DNA from: Campylobacter phage vB_CjeM_Los1
Length of the DNA stretch: 24,000 nucleotides
Sequence record: KX879627.1
Reading direction: 5' to 3' (one strand)
The number at the start of each line of letters is the position of its first letter. Within the stretch, counting starts at the first letter, position 1. This document shows, piece by piece, positions 8,156 to 15,591 of the stretch. Made by a program: the position numbers and the translations under genes. The notes beneath the pieces were generated by a model. It was not told the DNA's origin and made no database searches. It saw nothing but the letters and a program-made list of their open reading frames with translations.

Positions 8156-9781
8156 TTAACTTAAAATTTCCTTAACCCATACCCCTTGACCGCAGTCCCA
8201 TATTCTATAATATCCATTTTCCACCATATTCTCATATTCTGTCTTATTTGGATCAAACTTTTCTAACTTATCTTTAAGTTTATGTTTCATAAATTGTTGT
8301 CTTGAATATTTGTTATTACCTTTAATGTAAAAATATCCTGGCTCTGAGTAGTGACTAAATTCAAACCCTAATTGTTTATAGATTGATCCATCAGAATATA
8401 ATCTATCTGAGTAGCTTATTAGTGATCCAGGATTATATTTATGGAAGTGTTTAATTATTTTAGAAGCACCACCTACAACATTTGTGTTCTTCTTAGTACA
8501 CAATCTAATTAACTCCCAGTCATACTTATCTGTGAACCTTGGTTTACCAAAACTCATAAGACAAACTAGCTTATCTTGATAATAGAGTCCATAACAGATA
8601 GAACTACCAGTGAAGCCTTGGAGGTGATTGTTTTCTAAGAACTCTTTTTCTTCTATTTTGGGTACCTCTCTTAAAACACATTTCCTTGCAAATATTCTTT
8701 CTGATTTTCCTAGTTTGTTGTTTATAATTGACTTCCATATTTCTTTTTTCTCTATCCAAGATGACTCAAAAATGTGAATAAGCTGAATATTTTTCTCAGC
8801 ACATTTTTCTGTTTTAGTTAGATGATATTTCTTATCTTTATTCATTGATTCACTATGCCAAAAATCACCATTACATTCTATTGCTAAGTTATATTCTGGC
8901 AAATAAATATCTAATTCTTTTCCATTCAATATCTCCCAATTATTAGTTCCACCTGTTAATTCCCTAACTTCTTGCTCGAATGTACTATAATTTGGATAAC
9001 AAAACGGGCACAAATGGTGACCTTTTGAAAAATTACCAAATGTCCTTTTAAATACATGACCTTGCTGGCATTTTACTTCTAAATTATCCGCTAAGTTATC
9101 AGACATAATTATAAACCCTAGACTGTTTAAATAAGTATTTTTATTTTCTGCTTCACATATAGGGCAGAATTGCTGTCCATTTTTAAAGCTGTTAAATGTT
9201 CTTTTAAATATATGTCCTTTTTGGCATTTTATTTCTAAATCATTAGTTAGATTACTAGATAATATTTCAAAACCCAAATTGTTAATAAAACTATGTTTAT
9301 TATTTGTTTCACATATAGGGCAATTAATATGGCCATTTTTAAAACTCTTATATGGACGCTTAAAAATATGACCTTTCTCACATTTTACTTCTAAGTTAGT
9401 GCCTAAATTGTTAGACACAATCTCGAAGCCTAACTCTTTTAAGAAATCATATTTTTCTTTTTTCTTACATTCAGGGCAACTTAAAATACCATCTTTAAAA
9501 CTCCCAAATGTTCTTTTGAAAATATGCCCTTTTTGACATTTTACTTCTAACTTTTTTCCTAAGTTTTCAGATATAGGTTCAAAACCTAAACTATTTAAAA
9601 AAGTTATTTTTTGTTCTATTTCACATGTAGGGCATACTGTATATCCTTTTTGAAAATCATAAAATTCTCGCTTAAATACATGCTCTTTGGAACATTTTAC
9701 TATTAAATTAGTAGTTAGATTTTCAGATATTACTTGAAAGCCTAGAGTATGTAAATACTCTATTTTCTCTTGGTTTGTCAT
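8156..9781 (-). CDS. Free-standing homing-endonuclease-type protein: 5 zinc-finger repeats, Vsr/PDDEXK-like nuclease, C-terminal Hef-type domain
   Basis: Repeats of LGF...C.KGH.FKR...F..G...CP.C; nuclease core KELDIYLPEYNLAIECNGDFWHSES...YHLTKTEKCAEKNIQLIHIFESSW; C-terminal FLENNHLQGF...LMSFGKPRF...ELIRLCTKKNTNVVGGASKIIKHF. Confidence 0.85.
   Translation of the reverse strand: MTNQEKIEYLHTLGFQVISENLTTNLIVKCSKEHVFKREFYDFQKGYTVCPTCEIEQKITFLNSLGFEPISENLGKKLEVKCQKGHIFKRTFGSFKDGILSCPECKKKEKYDFLKELGFEIVSNNLGTNLEVKCEKGHIFKRPYKSFKNGHINCPICETNNKHSFINNLGFEILSSNLTNDLEIKCQKGHIFKRTFNSFKNGQQFCPICEAENKNTYLNSLGFIIMSDNLADNLEVKCQQGHVFKRTFGNFSKGHHLCPFCYPNYSTFEQEVRELTGGTNNWEILNGKELDIYLPEYNLAIECNGDFWHSESMNKDKKYHLTKTEKCAEKNIQLIHIFESSWIEKKEIWKSIINNKLGKSERIFARKCVLREVPKIEEKEFLENNHLQGFTGSSICYGLYYQDKLVCLMSFGKPRFTDKYDWELIRLCTKKNTNVVGGASKIIKHFHKYNPGSLISYSDRLYSDGSIYKQLGFEFSHYSEPGYFYIKGNNKYSRQQFMKHKLKDKLEKFDPNKTEYENMVENGYYRIWDCGQGVWVKEILS
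8981..9760 (-). repeat. Five tandem 52-aa (156-bp) CxxxH/CPxC zinc-finger repeats within the endonuclease gene
   Basis: LGF anchor at residues 13, 65, 117, 169 and 221, an exact 52-aa period. Confidence 0.9.
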
Positions 9782-9790
9782 ACTGAAGGC

Positions 9791-11641
9791 CTATAAGTTT
9801 TCAATATTAAATGATTTTGTACTTAATGTTTGTTTTCTAAAATCAATGCCATTATCTGACATCCACTGCTCTAAAACTTTTTCATCATTAGCTTTCCACT
9901 CAATTTTTTCTAAGCAATTGTCTATACCATCTTTTGCAAAAACAATATTATAATTAGCTGCAGACCAACTTCCTAATCCTTTCATGTATATAACTTCAGC
10001 ATTTTTAGGTAAGTTTTCTGCATCTGCTTGATATTCACCTAATGTATAATACCATTTAATTAACTTATCATTTTGTAACACTGAGATAATAGGTGTTTTT
10101 AATCTATACACTCTACCTTCTGTTAGTAAGTTTGGCTGTAATTTGTAAACTAGTGCTGTAATTAAACATGCAATATGGTTTCCATCCAAATCAGCATCGG
10201 TAGCTATTACCATGTTTTCATATTTTGTTTCAGGTAACCCCAAACCCATAGCTTCTACAATATCCATAACTCTTTGATTTTTTAATAATTGTGCTGTAGA
10301 ACATTTTAAAGCATTTTGTAATTTACCTGTTAAAGGTAAGAAACTACTACAATCTCTACCTACTGCTTGTATTAAAGAAGAAAGTGCGCTATCTCCTTCC
10401 GCTATATACATAAATTTAGGATCTTTAGTATGTTTAGTAAATTTAGGATTAAATCTTTCTTTAGCTTCTTTTCTTTCAAAAATATTTTGTTTTCTATTTT
10501 CTAATTCTTGTTGAACTTTATATAACTCAATTATTGGGTCTTTAATGTGTGTATTTTTGAATAATAGTTCAGCAAAGTCAATGTATTTTAATGTAGGTAT
10601 TCCTAATTCGGTTATAGTATTCTTAATTTCCTCTTTTGTTTGGCCTCCACCAAATCTTAAATTCTTTTTATTTTTAAGAATTAGAATGACACCTATCCTG
10701 CTTTTTACAGCTGTGTTTGTAATTTTGGAGTATCCCTTTCTTAAACGATTACCAAAAGCATTTACAATATTGTTTGAAATATAATCTAATGCTACCCCAC
10801 CTTTATTTAAATCAAGTGAATTTACAATATGCACAAACTTATACTCATCAGTAGGAAATATAGCAAGTTCTAAGTTTTCATCACTTTGCAATATTGAGAA
10901 ACTATCAGAGTAATATTTTATAAATTCTTTAAACTCTTTTACTTTAATTAGTTTTCCCTGAAATGTAAATTCTATACCAGGATTTGAATAAGCTATGTTT
11001 ATAAGTAACGCATGTATATGATTTATTAAGTCATCATTGATTTCTTTTAATTCTAGCCTTTCAAAATCTGGTTTAAACTTAATTATAACACCATGTGTTG
11101 ATGAAGCAGGCGCTTTGTCTTCTTTATGCTCTATTATAGACATATTGTTTAAACATTTTACAATACCTCTATCCCCTTCAAGAGTAATTGTTGTTAATTG
11201 ATACTCAGAACTAAATAATGGTATTAATTTAGAACCTATACCATGCGCACCTATTGTGATTCTGTCTTTTTTTTCTTTTTCTAAAAAGGTATAGTTACTT
11301 GATGTTCTAAACTTGGTAGTTGCCATAACATAAGTATCTATTGGTAATCCTCTACCATTATCTGATATTGTTATTATACCACTATCTTTATCAATCTTCA
11401 ATGATATTTTATTAGCGTATTTTCCACCAGTTCTGGTAAATTCATCGATTGAATTTTGAATAGCTTCATCTATTTGTTTTGTTAATGTTTGATTATACAC
11501 TATTTCTTTGTTAACAATTTTGTTATTTTCTAAGACTTTAACTGTATTATTAAATGATGTTAATGCACCAGTTATAAGATGAGGTAAGTTTAGATAGTAC
11601 TCAACTTCATTTTCAGCATGTACAATCTTATTTTCTATCAT
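9791..11641 (-). CDS. 39: Type II DNA topoisomerase subunit B (GyrB/ParE-like; T4 gp39+gp60 equivalent as one ORF)
   Basis: GHKL ATPase motifs DEAIQNSIDEF, ISDNGRGLP, GAHGIGSK; TOPRIM motifs YIAEGDSALSS, LTGKLQNAL, DADLDGNHI. Confidence 0.93.
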   Translation of the reverse strand: MIENKIVHAENEVEYYLNLPHLITGALTSFNNTVKVLENNKIVNKEIVYNQTLTKQIDEAIQNSIDEFTRTGGKYANKISLKIDKDSGIITISDNGRGLPIDTYVMATTKFRTSSNYTFLEKEKKDRITIGAHGIGSKLIPLFSSEYQLTTITLEGDRGIVKCLNNMSIIEHKEDKAPASSTHGVIIKFKPDFERLELKEINDDLINHIHALLINIAYSNPGIEFTFQGKLIKVKEFKEFIKYYSDSFSILQSDENLELAIFPTDEYKFVHIVNSLDLNKGGVALDYISNNIVNAFGNRLRKGYSKITNTAVKSRIGVILILKNKKNLRFGGGQTKEEIKNTITELGIPTLKYIDFAELLFKNTHIKDPIIELYKVQQELENRKQNIFERKEAKERFNPKFTKHTKDPKFMYIAEGDSALSSLIQAVGRDCSSFLPLTGKLQNALKCSTAQLLKNQRVMDIVEAMGLGLPETKYENMVIATDADLDGNHIACLITALVYKLQPNLLTEGRVYRLKTPIISVLQNDKLIKWYYTLGEYQADAENLPKNAEVIYMKGLGSWSAANYNIVFAKDGIDNCLEKIEWKANDEKVLEQWMSDNGIDFRKQTLSTKSFNIENL

Positions 11642-11708
11642 TATTTTCCTTTTAACTTTATTAATAATATCATATCAAACATTAACTTAAATTTTGCTTA
11701 ATCTACAC

Positions 11709-11735
11709 ATAAGAGGATTTAGATAGTCCTCTTAT
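11709..11735. terminator. Hairpin between the AAA+ and topoisomerase B genes
   Basis: ATAAGAGGA-TTTAGATAG-TCCTCTTAT, 9-bp perfect stem, 5 nt past the stop codon of the 11741..12943 gene; no U-tract. Confidence 0.5.
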
Positions 11736-11740
11736 ATTCA

Positions 11741-12943
11741 CTAAATCAACCCTATCTTTTTATTGTTTATATTTTTCATATGTGATATGTCATTTTCTTT
11801 TAGATAATTTTTAAAATTATTTTTACAAGCAATGTTATATTTTTCTCCTTCTATAATATTACTTAAATTACACTGAAGAATATTATCATTTATTAATTTG
11901 TTGAATGATTTTTTAGGTAAACCATTATTTTCCCATATTTTTAAGGCTTCTTTTTTAGTCAATGTTCTTAGGTTTAATATATCAAATGTTCTACCTGCTC
12001 TTAATAATGCCGGATCAATCTCATTAATATTTCTATTTGTTGTAATTATAAACTTTGTTTTACATGTAATATCATTATTTATACCTTCAGTAAATGATAA
12101 AAAGTGTGACATAAATTGATTTCGTTGTGCATCTATACCATTTTGAATATCAGATCTAGGCAATAGATAATCTAAATCATCAAATAATACTAAATTGTAC
12201 CTATTTGCTAATAACTCATTCCAGAACGCATCACCAGCTAATAAACTCTCATTCTTTACAACTGCAACATTTATGCAATTACCGTCATCATCTGACTTAT
12301 CAAATACTTTCTCTTCTAATTCAAGATGTTTGTATTTCTTATAATCCAAATTTAACAAAAAGTTTAAATAACATTCTGCAAGTTTTGTTTTCCCTGTTCC
12401 AGGTTGGCCATATAATATTAAAATATTACTATTTGCAAATAAAAACTGTATAAACATTTCATTCAAATCTAGAAAAGGGTAATAATCATAATCAATATTT
12501 TTATAATTATCTTTAGTTTTAGATGAATCTACATATACTAATTCCCCTTTTTCTTCATAAAAACTCTTTATTTTGATTAATAACTCATCAGTACCAGTAA
12601 TATATTTCTCTAAAATATTGTTATAAACTCCTTTTAAGAAATTTATACTATTTGAATACATATCTAACTTGACATATTTGCCTATTTTATAAGTTATTTC
12701 AATATATATGTTAGATAACCTAAAAACAAATACACTTTTATCACCTTCAATACCATTCCATTCATAATAAGAAGTTTTCAAAACTGTTTTTATTTCATCT
12801 AGTAATTCATCTAATTTATCAATTGGGATTTTTATATCTTCTAACTGTTCACTATAATTATCACATATAAACTTATTTTTTAAAGCAAATCCAGGTTTTG
12901 GTATTCCAAATGAACTATCTGAAATTACATGTTTAATACTCAT
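11741..12943 (-). CDS. AAA+ ATPase
   Basis: Walker A LILYGQPGTGKTKLA, Walker B YNLVLFDDLDYLL, sensor 1 KFIITTNRN, arginine-finger region IDPALLRAGRTFD. Confidence 0.9.
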   Translation of the reverse strand: MSIKHVISDSSFGIPKPGFALKNKFICDNYSEQLEDIKIPIDKLDELLDEIKTVLKTSYYEWNGIEGDKSVFVFRLSNIYIEITYKIGKYVKLDMYSNSINFLKGVYNNILEKYITGTDELLIKIKSFYEEKGELVYVDSSKTKDNYKNIDYDYYPFLDLNEMFIQFLFANSNILILYGQPGTGKTKLAECYLNFLLNLDYKKYKHLELEEKVFDKSDDDGNCINVAVVKNESLLAGDAFWNELLANRYNLVLFDDLDYLLPRSDIQNGIDAQRNQFMSHFLSFTEGINNDITCKTKFIITTNRNINEIDPALLRAGRTFDILNLRTLTKKEALKIWENNGLPKKSFNKLINDNILQCNLSNIIEGEKYNIACKNNFKNYLKENDISHMKNINNKKIGLI

Positions 12944-12971
12944 ACAATTCTCCTTTTTTAGAGAATTGTAT
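12942..12971 (-). promoter_or_regulatory. Translation-initiation hairpin occluding SD and start codon of the AAA+ gene
   Basis: Minus-strand RNA AUACAAUUCUC-UAAAAAAG-GAGAAUUGUAU(G): perfect 11-bp stem containing the GAG of AAAGGAG and the AU of the AUG. Confidence 0.6.
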
Positions 12972-12990
12972 CACTTAATTTCTTAAAAAT

Positions 12991-13019
12991 ATCTTAATTG
13001 GTTTGATTTATTTTCACAA
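12991..13019 (-). promoter_or_regulatory. Possible sigma70-like promoter for the AAA+ gene
   Basis: Minus strand TTGTGA-N17-TAAGAT; AT-rich background makes chance matches likely. Confidence 0.25.
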
Positions 13020-13069
13020 GAAATATAAAGTTCACGGAGTTATTGTAAGATAATTTTATGGGAGAGAGT

Positions 13070-13096
13070 TGTATTGTGGTTTAATACCACAATACA
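13070..13096. terminator. Hairpin downstream of the 13104..13553 gene
   Basis: TGTATTGTGGT-TTAAT-ACCACAATACA, perfect 11-bp stem, 7 nt past the stop codon; no U-tract. Confidence 0.55.
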
Positions 13097-13103
13097 TAAA
13101 ATA

Positions 13104-13553
13104 CTAAATATATTTTGGTAACATTACATACATTTTATTATCTGTTCCTTCTATGAATTGACAATTATGTATCTCACAAAATATTCTTATTTGATCATAC
13201 TCATTCATTTGTTTAAAATCATCTAATGACATATTGTATTCATCTTTAAGCCTATTTACATACCAGTCATAATCATCTTCTTCAATATACTGTATAATTT
13301 TTCTAGAGTCCATTATATACAACTCTTCAAACATCCTCCAAGCTTTTTCTGCGTCTATACCATCATCATTTATCCATAAAGAATACATATAATTTCCAAA
13401 AACAGGCGAGGTTCTAGGATTATGCAATTTGTCTCCGCTTGTACCTGCAATTTCTTTTACTTCAGAAATAAAATCATCAAAGTCCATGTCAGCTTCATTC
13501 AATTTAACACTACTTTTAGTAGGCTCATTAAGATATTTTGTATAAATGTTCAT
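13104..13553 (-). CDS. Hypothetical acidic protein
   Basis: 149-aa ORF with SD AAAAGGAG upstream of the ATG. Confidence 0.7.
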   Translation of the reverse strand: MNIYTKYLNEPTKSSVKLNEADMDFDDFISEVKEIAGTSGDKLHNPRTSPVFGNYMYSLWINDDGIDAEKAWRMFEELYIMDSRKIIQYIEEDDYDWYVNRLKDEYNMSLDDFKQMNEYDQIRIFCEIHNCQFIEGTDNKMYVMLPKYI

Positions 13554-13579
13554 GTAAAATCTCCTTTTTATAATTATAC

Positions 13580-13587
13580 TATTTATA
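13580..13587 (-). promoter_or_regulatory. T4-type late promoter candidate TATAAATA
   Basis: Exact TATAAATA on the minus strand, 26 nt upstream of the ATG of the 13104..13553 gene. Confidence 0.45.
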
Positions 13588-13616
13588 ATTATACTATTTA
13601 ATAACTTAAAAGCACC

Positions 13617-13880
13617 TTAATTATTATAATATTTTAAGCTTTCAACTAATACTTCATGAAACACATTTAAATCTTCATATGTAATTAATATATTAATTTC
13701 TTTTATAAAGTCTTCCAAACTTGTAATTGGTTCAACATCAAACTCAAAGTTATGACTATGATGTTCAATATTATATTCTTGTACTATTTGCAATGTTTCA
13801 GTTATAGCTTCTATTTCATGTCCTTTTGCAAATTGTGATAAGCCGTTTATAGTTATATCTTTTATTAACTGTTTATCCAT
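13617..13880 (-). CDS. Hypothetical protein
   Basis: 87-aa ORF, SD AAGGA upstream. Confidence 0.65.
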   Translation of the reverse strand: MDKQLIKDITINGLSQFAKGHEIEAITETLQIVQEYNIEHHSHNFEFDVEPITSLEDFIKEINILITYEDLNVFHEVLVESLKYYNN

Positions 13881-13891
13881 TGTATATCCTT

Positions 13892-13927
13892 CTTTCTAAT
13901 AAATATTTTAAAATATTTATTAGAAAG
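13892..13927. promoter_or_regulatory. 36-bp perfect palindrome in a divergent intergenic region (putative bidirectional promoter/operator)
   Basis: CTTTCTAATAAATATTTT|AAAATATTTATTAGAAAG, no spacer, between the minus gene starting at 13880 and the plus gene starting at 13935. Confidence 0.6.
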
Positions 13928-13934
13928 GTTTATA

Positions 13935-14336
13935 ATGACTTTTGTTGAAAAAAATATGGTTAAAGAGCTTAAAAAAACTATATCATCAAAAAAACCATTA
14001 GTTTTATGTTTTATGTCAAAATTACTACAAAAAGAGATACAAAAACTCTTAAAAGGTAATAAACTTATAACTATTATAAAAATTATATTATATGCTTTTG
14101 ATAAAACACCTGTTGAAGTAAAAAGAGGGGTTTTAGGATATGTTGAAAATGAAAAAAATATTCCATTTCAGTATAAATATGATAATACAACAAAAACACT
14201 AACATTTTCATTAAATAAAAAAACATATGATTTTAATTTATGCACTGCTAATGAATATATTAGAGTCTTAGCAAATGAAACTAACTGGATGATTTTAAAG
14301 AAGAATTTGAACACTGCATTAAAAAATATAAAGTAG
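13935..14336 (+). CDS. Hypothetical basic protein, isolated plus-strand gene
   Basis: 133-aa ORF, SD AGAAAGG 7 nt upstream of the ATG, flanked by a palindrome and a bidirectional hairpin. Confidence 0.7.
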   Translation: MTFVEKNMVKELKKTISSKKPLVLCFMSKLLQKEIQKLLKGNKLITIIKIILYAFDKTPVEVKRGVLGYVENEKNIPFQYKYDNTTKTLTFSLNKKTYDFNLCTANEYIRVLANETNWMILKKNLNTALKNIK

Positions 14337-14351
14337 GATATATCCTACTTT
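14330..14351. terminator. Bidirectional terminator between convergent genes
   Basis: AAAGTAGGATA|TATCCTACTTT perfect palindrome, followed by T's on the plus strand and preceded by AAAAAATAT (U-rich on the minus strand). Confidence 0.75.
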
Positions 14352-14353
14352 TA

Positions 14354-14872
14354 TTAATATTCTACTGTAACAACATCATTTTTATACACTGACATTCCAT
14401 TTATAAATGTTATTTTTGTTAAAGTACCATCATGTGTATAATTTGTTGTTGGAATAAGGTTTCCATTAACATATACTTTTGAAGGTTTTAATGAAAGAGA
14501 ATTATCGGAAACTTCTGTAACTGGAGTATTATAATCACTTGAACTAACTGTTATATTAACAGAAGATGATATAGAACCTCCACTTATTTTTTTCCATTTT
14601 GATGCACTTGTATCTGGTTGGTTTCCTCTATTTCCATCAGATAAAGAAACATATATAGAATTGTTATATTTTACTATTTGATTCTGTGTATATGTTGTAC
14701 CTGCATCCCAATTTAATGGATCAGCAATACCAATAATTGAATTCACTTGAGATATAACAGTATCAAGTTCCCTTTTTAATTGTAAACTAGGTTTCCCTAG
14801 GACATCTTGATCTGCAATTTCACCATTTTTAGGGCATAACTTTTCAAATTCTGTATAGTTTGTAATAGCCAT
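14354..14872 (-). CDS. Putative tail/virion adhesion protein with chitin-binding-like (CBM5/12-type) segment
   Basis: NWDAGTTYTQNQIVKYNNSIYVSLSDGNRGNQPDTSASKWKKI resembles the WxxxxxYxxGdxVxyxgxxYxaxxxnxgxxPxxxxxxW module of phage fibre proteins. Confidence 0.6.
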   Translation of the reverse strand: MAITNYTEFEKLCPKNGEIADQDVLGKPSLQLKRELDTVISQVNSIIGIADPLNWDAGTTYTQNQIVKYNNSIYVSLSDGNRGNQPDTSASKWKKISGGSISSSVNITVSSSDYNTPVTEVSDNSLSLKPSKVYVNGNLIPTTNYTHDGTLTKITFINGMSVYKNDVVTVEY

Positions 14873-14895
14873 TTATAAAATCTCCATTTTATTTT

Positions 14896-14903
14896 TATTT
14901 ATA
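14896..14903 (-). promoter_or_regulatory. T4-type late promoter candidate TATAAATA
   Basis: Exact match on the minus strand, 23 nt upstream of the ATG of the 14354..14872 gene. Confidence 0.4.
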
Positions 14904-14904
14904 T

Positions 14905-15546
14905 TTAATAGCTTATTTGTGGTGGAAAAGGGTCAAACAAAAATGTTACATCAAATGTTGCCAAACCATTACTATTTTGATCAAGTGATAATCCACCATG
15001 ACTTCTTATCATAGCACATTGTGTATCTATAATAACATGTCCACCATTTTTAAATTCATTGTTTTGTACAGATTGATTTATGTAATTCCTAGATTCTCTT
15101 AATGTTCTTTTCCTTATCTTAATGATCCACATCTGATCATCTGGATATTGATCTTTTAAATGACCAGTAAGTTTTTTAAAAGCTGAATATAAAAAACCAC
15201 CATCACTATCTCTAAAAGTTATAGTTAATTGTTGTAATTCGTGTCGTCCTTGGGTATAAACCCAACTAGAACCTATCCATTCATTTATTTCAGCAAATGA
15301 AATAGGATCTATTGAAACTCTTTGTATCAATATATCCATATTTGGTAAGTCAAGAATATTGATTCTACCAGCACCAGGAACTTCATTTTTTAAAGCAAAA
15401 GTATCAATGCTATATAAACTTTCTAAATCAAAATTAATACCATATGTTTTTTGTATTTTTTGTGCTAATTCAGTTATAGCTGATTGTGTTTTATCACCAC
15501 CAAAAAAATCTGATATTGCACCAACAGCTGTATTTAATATACCCAT
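14905..15546 (-). CDS. Putative tail structural protein (tube-like)
   Basis: 213 aa in a structural neighbourhood; ELQQLTITFRDSDGG...FKKLTGHLKDQYPDDQMW...ATFDVTFLFDPFPPQISY resembles tail tube/baseplate beta-barrel proteins. Confidence 0.45.
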   Translation of the reverse strand: MGILNTAVGAISDFFGGDKTQSAITELAQKIQKTYGINFDLESLYSIDTFALKNEVPGAGRINILDLPNMDILIQRVSIDPISFAEINEWIGSSWVYTQGRHELQQLTITFRDSDGGFLYSAFKKLTGHLKDQYPDDQMWIIKIRKRTLRESRNYINQSVQNNEFKNGGHVIIDTQCAMIRSHGGLSLDQNSNGLATFDVTFLFDPFPPQISY

Positions 15547-15551
15547 AAAAC

Positions 15552-15586
15552 CCTCTCTATAAATATTGGTAATATTTATAGAGAGG
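15552..15586. promoter_or_regulatory. Perfect palindrome containing two divergent TATAAATA late-promoter boxes and both SDs
   Basis: CCTCTCTATAAATATT-GGT-AATATTTATAGAGAGG. TATAAATA at 15558-15565 (+) and 15580-15573 (-), each 26 nt from the ATG it faces (15592 and 15546). Confidence 0.75.
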
Positions 15587-15591
15587 AAACT

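Noticed and set aside
8981-9760. CRISPR-like direct repeat array
   Set aside because: Regular 156-bp period is explained by in-frame protein zinc-finger repeats; no short repeat/unique spacer pattern.
10545-10784. Plus-strand ORFs inside minus-strand genes (e.g. 316..600, 6302..6535, 7001..7192, 10545..10784, 11898..12119, 12205..12453, 15359..15562)
   Set aside because: Antisense to motif-supported or well-packed genes, no SD, composition of complementary-strand translation.
9791-11641. Intein or intron within topoisomerase B
   Set aside because: GHKL and TOPRIM motifs occur in the expected order at normal spacing with no intein splicing blocks.
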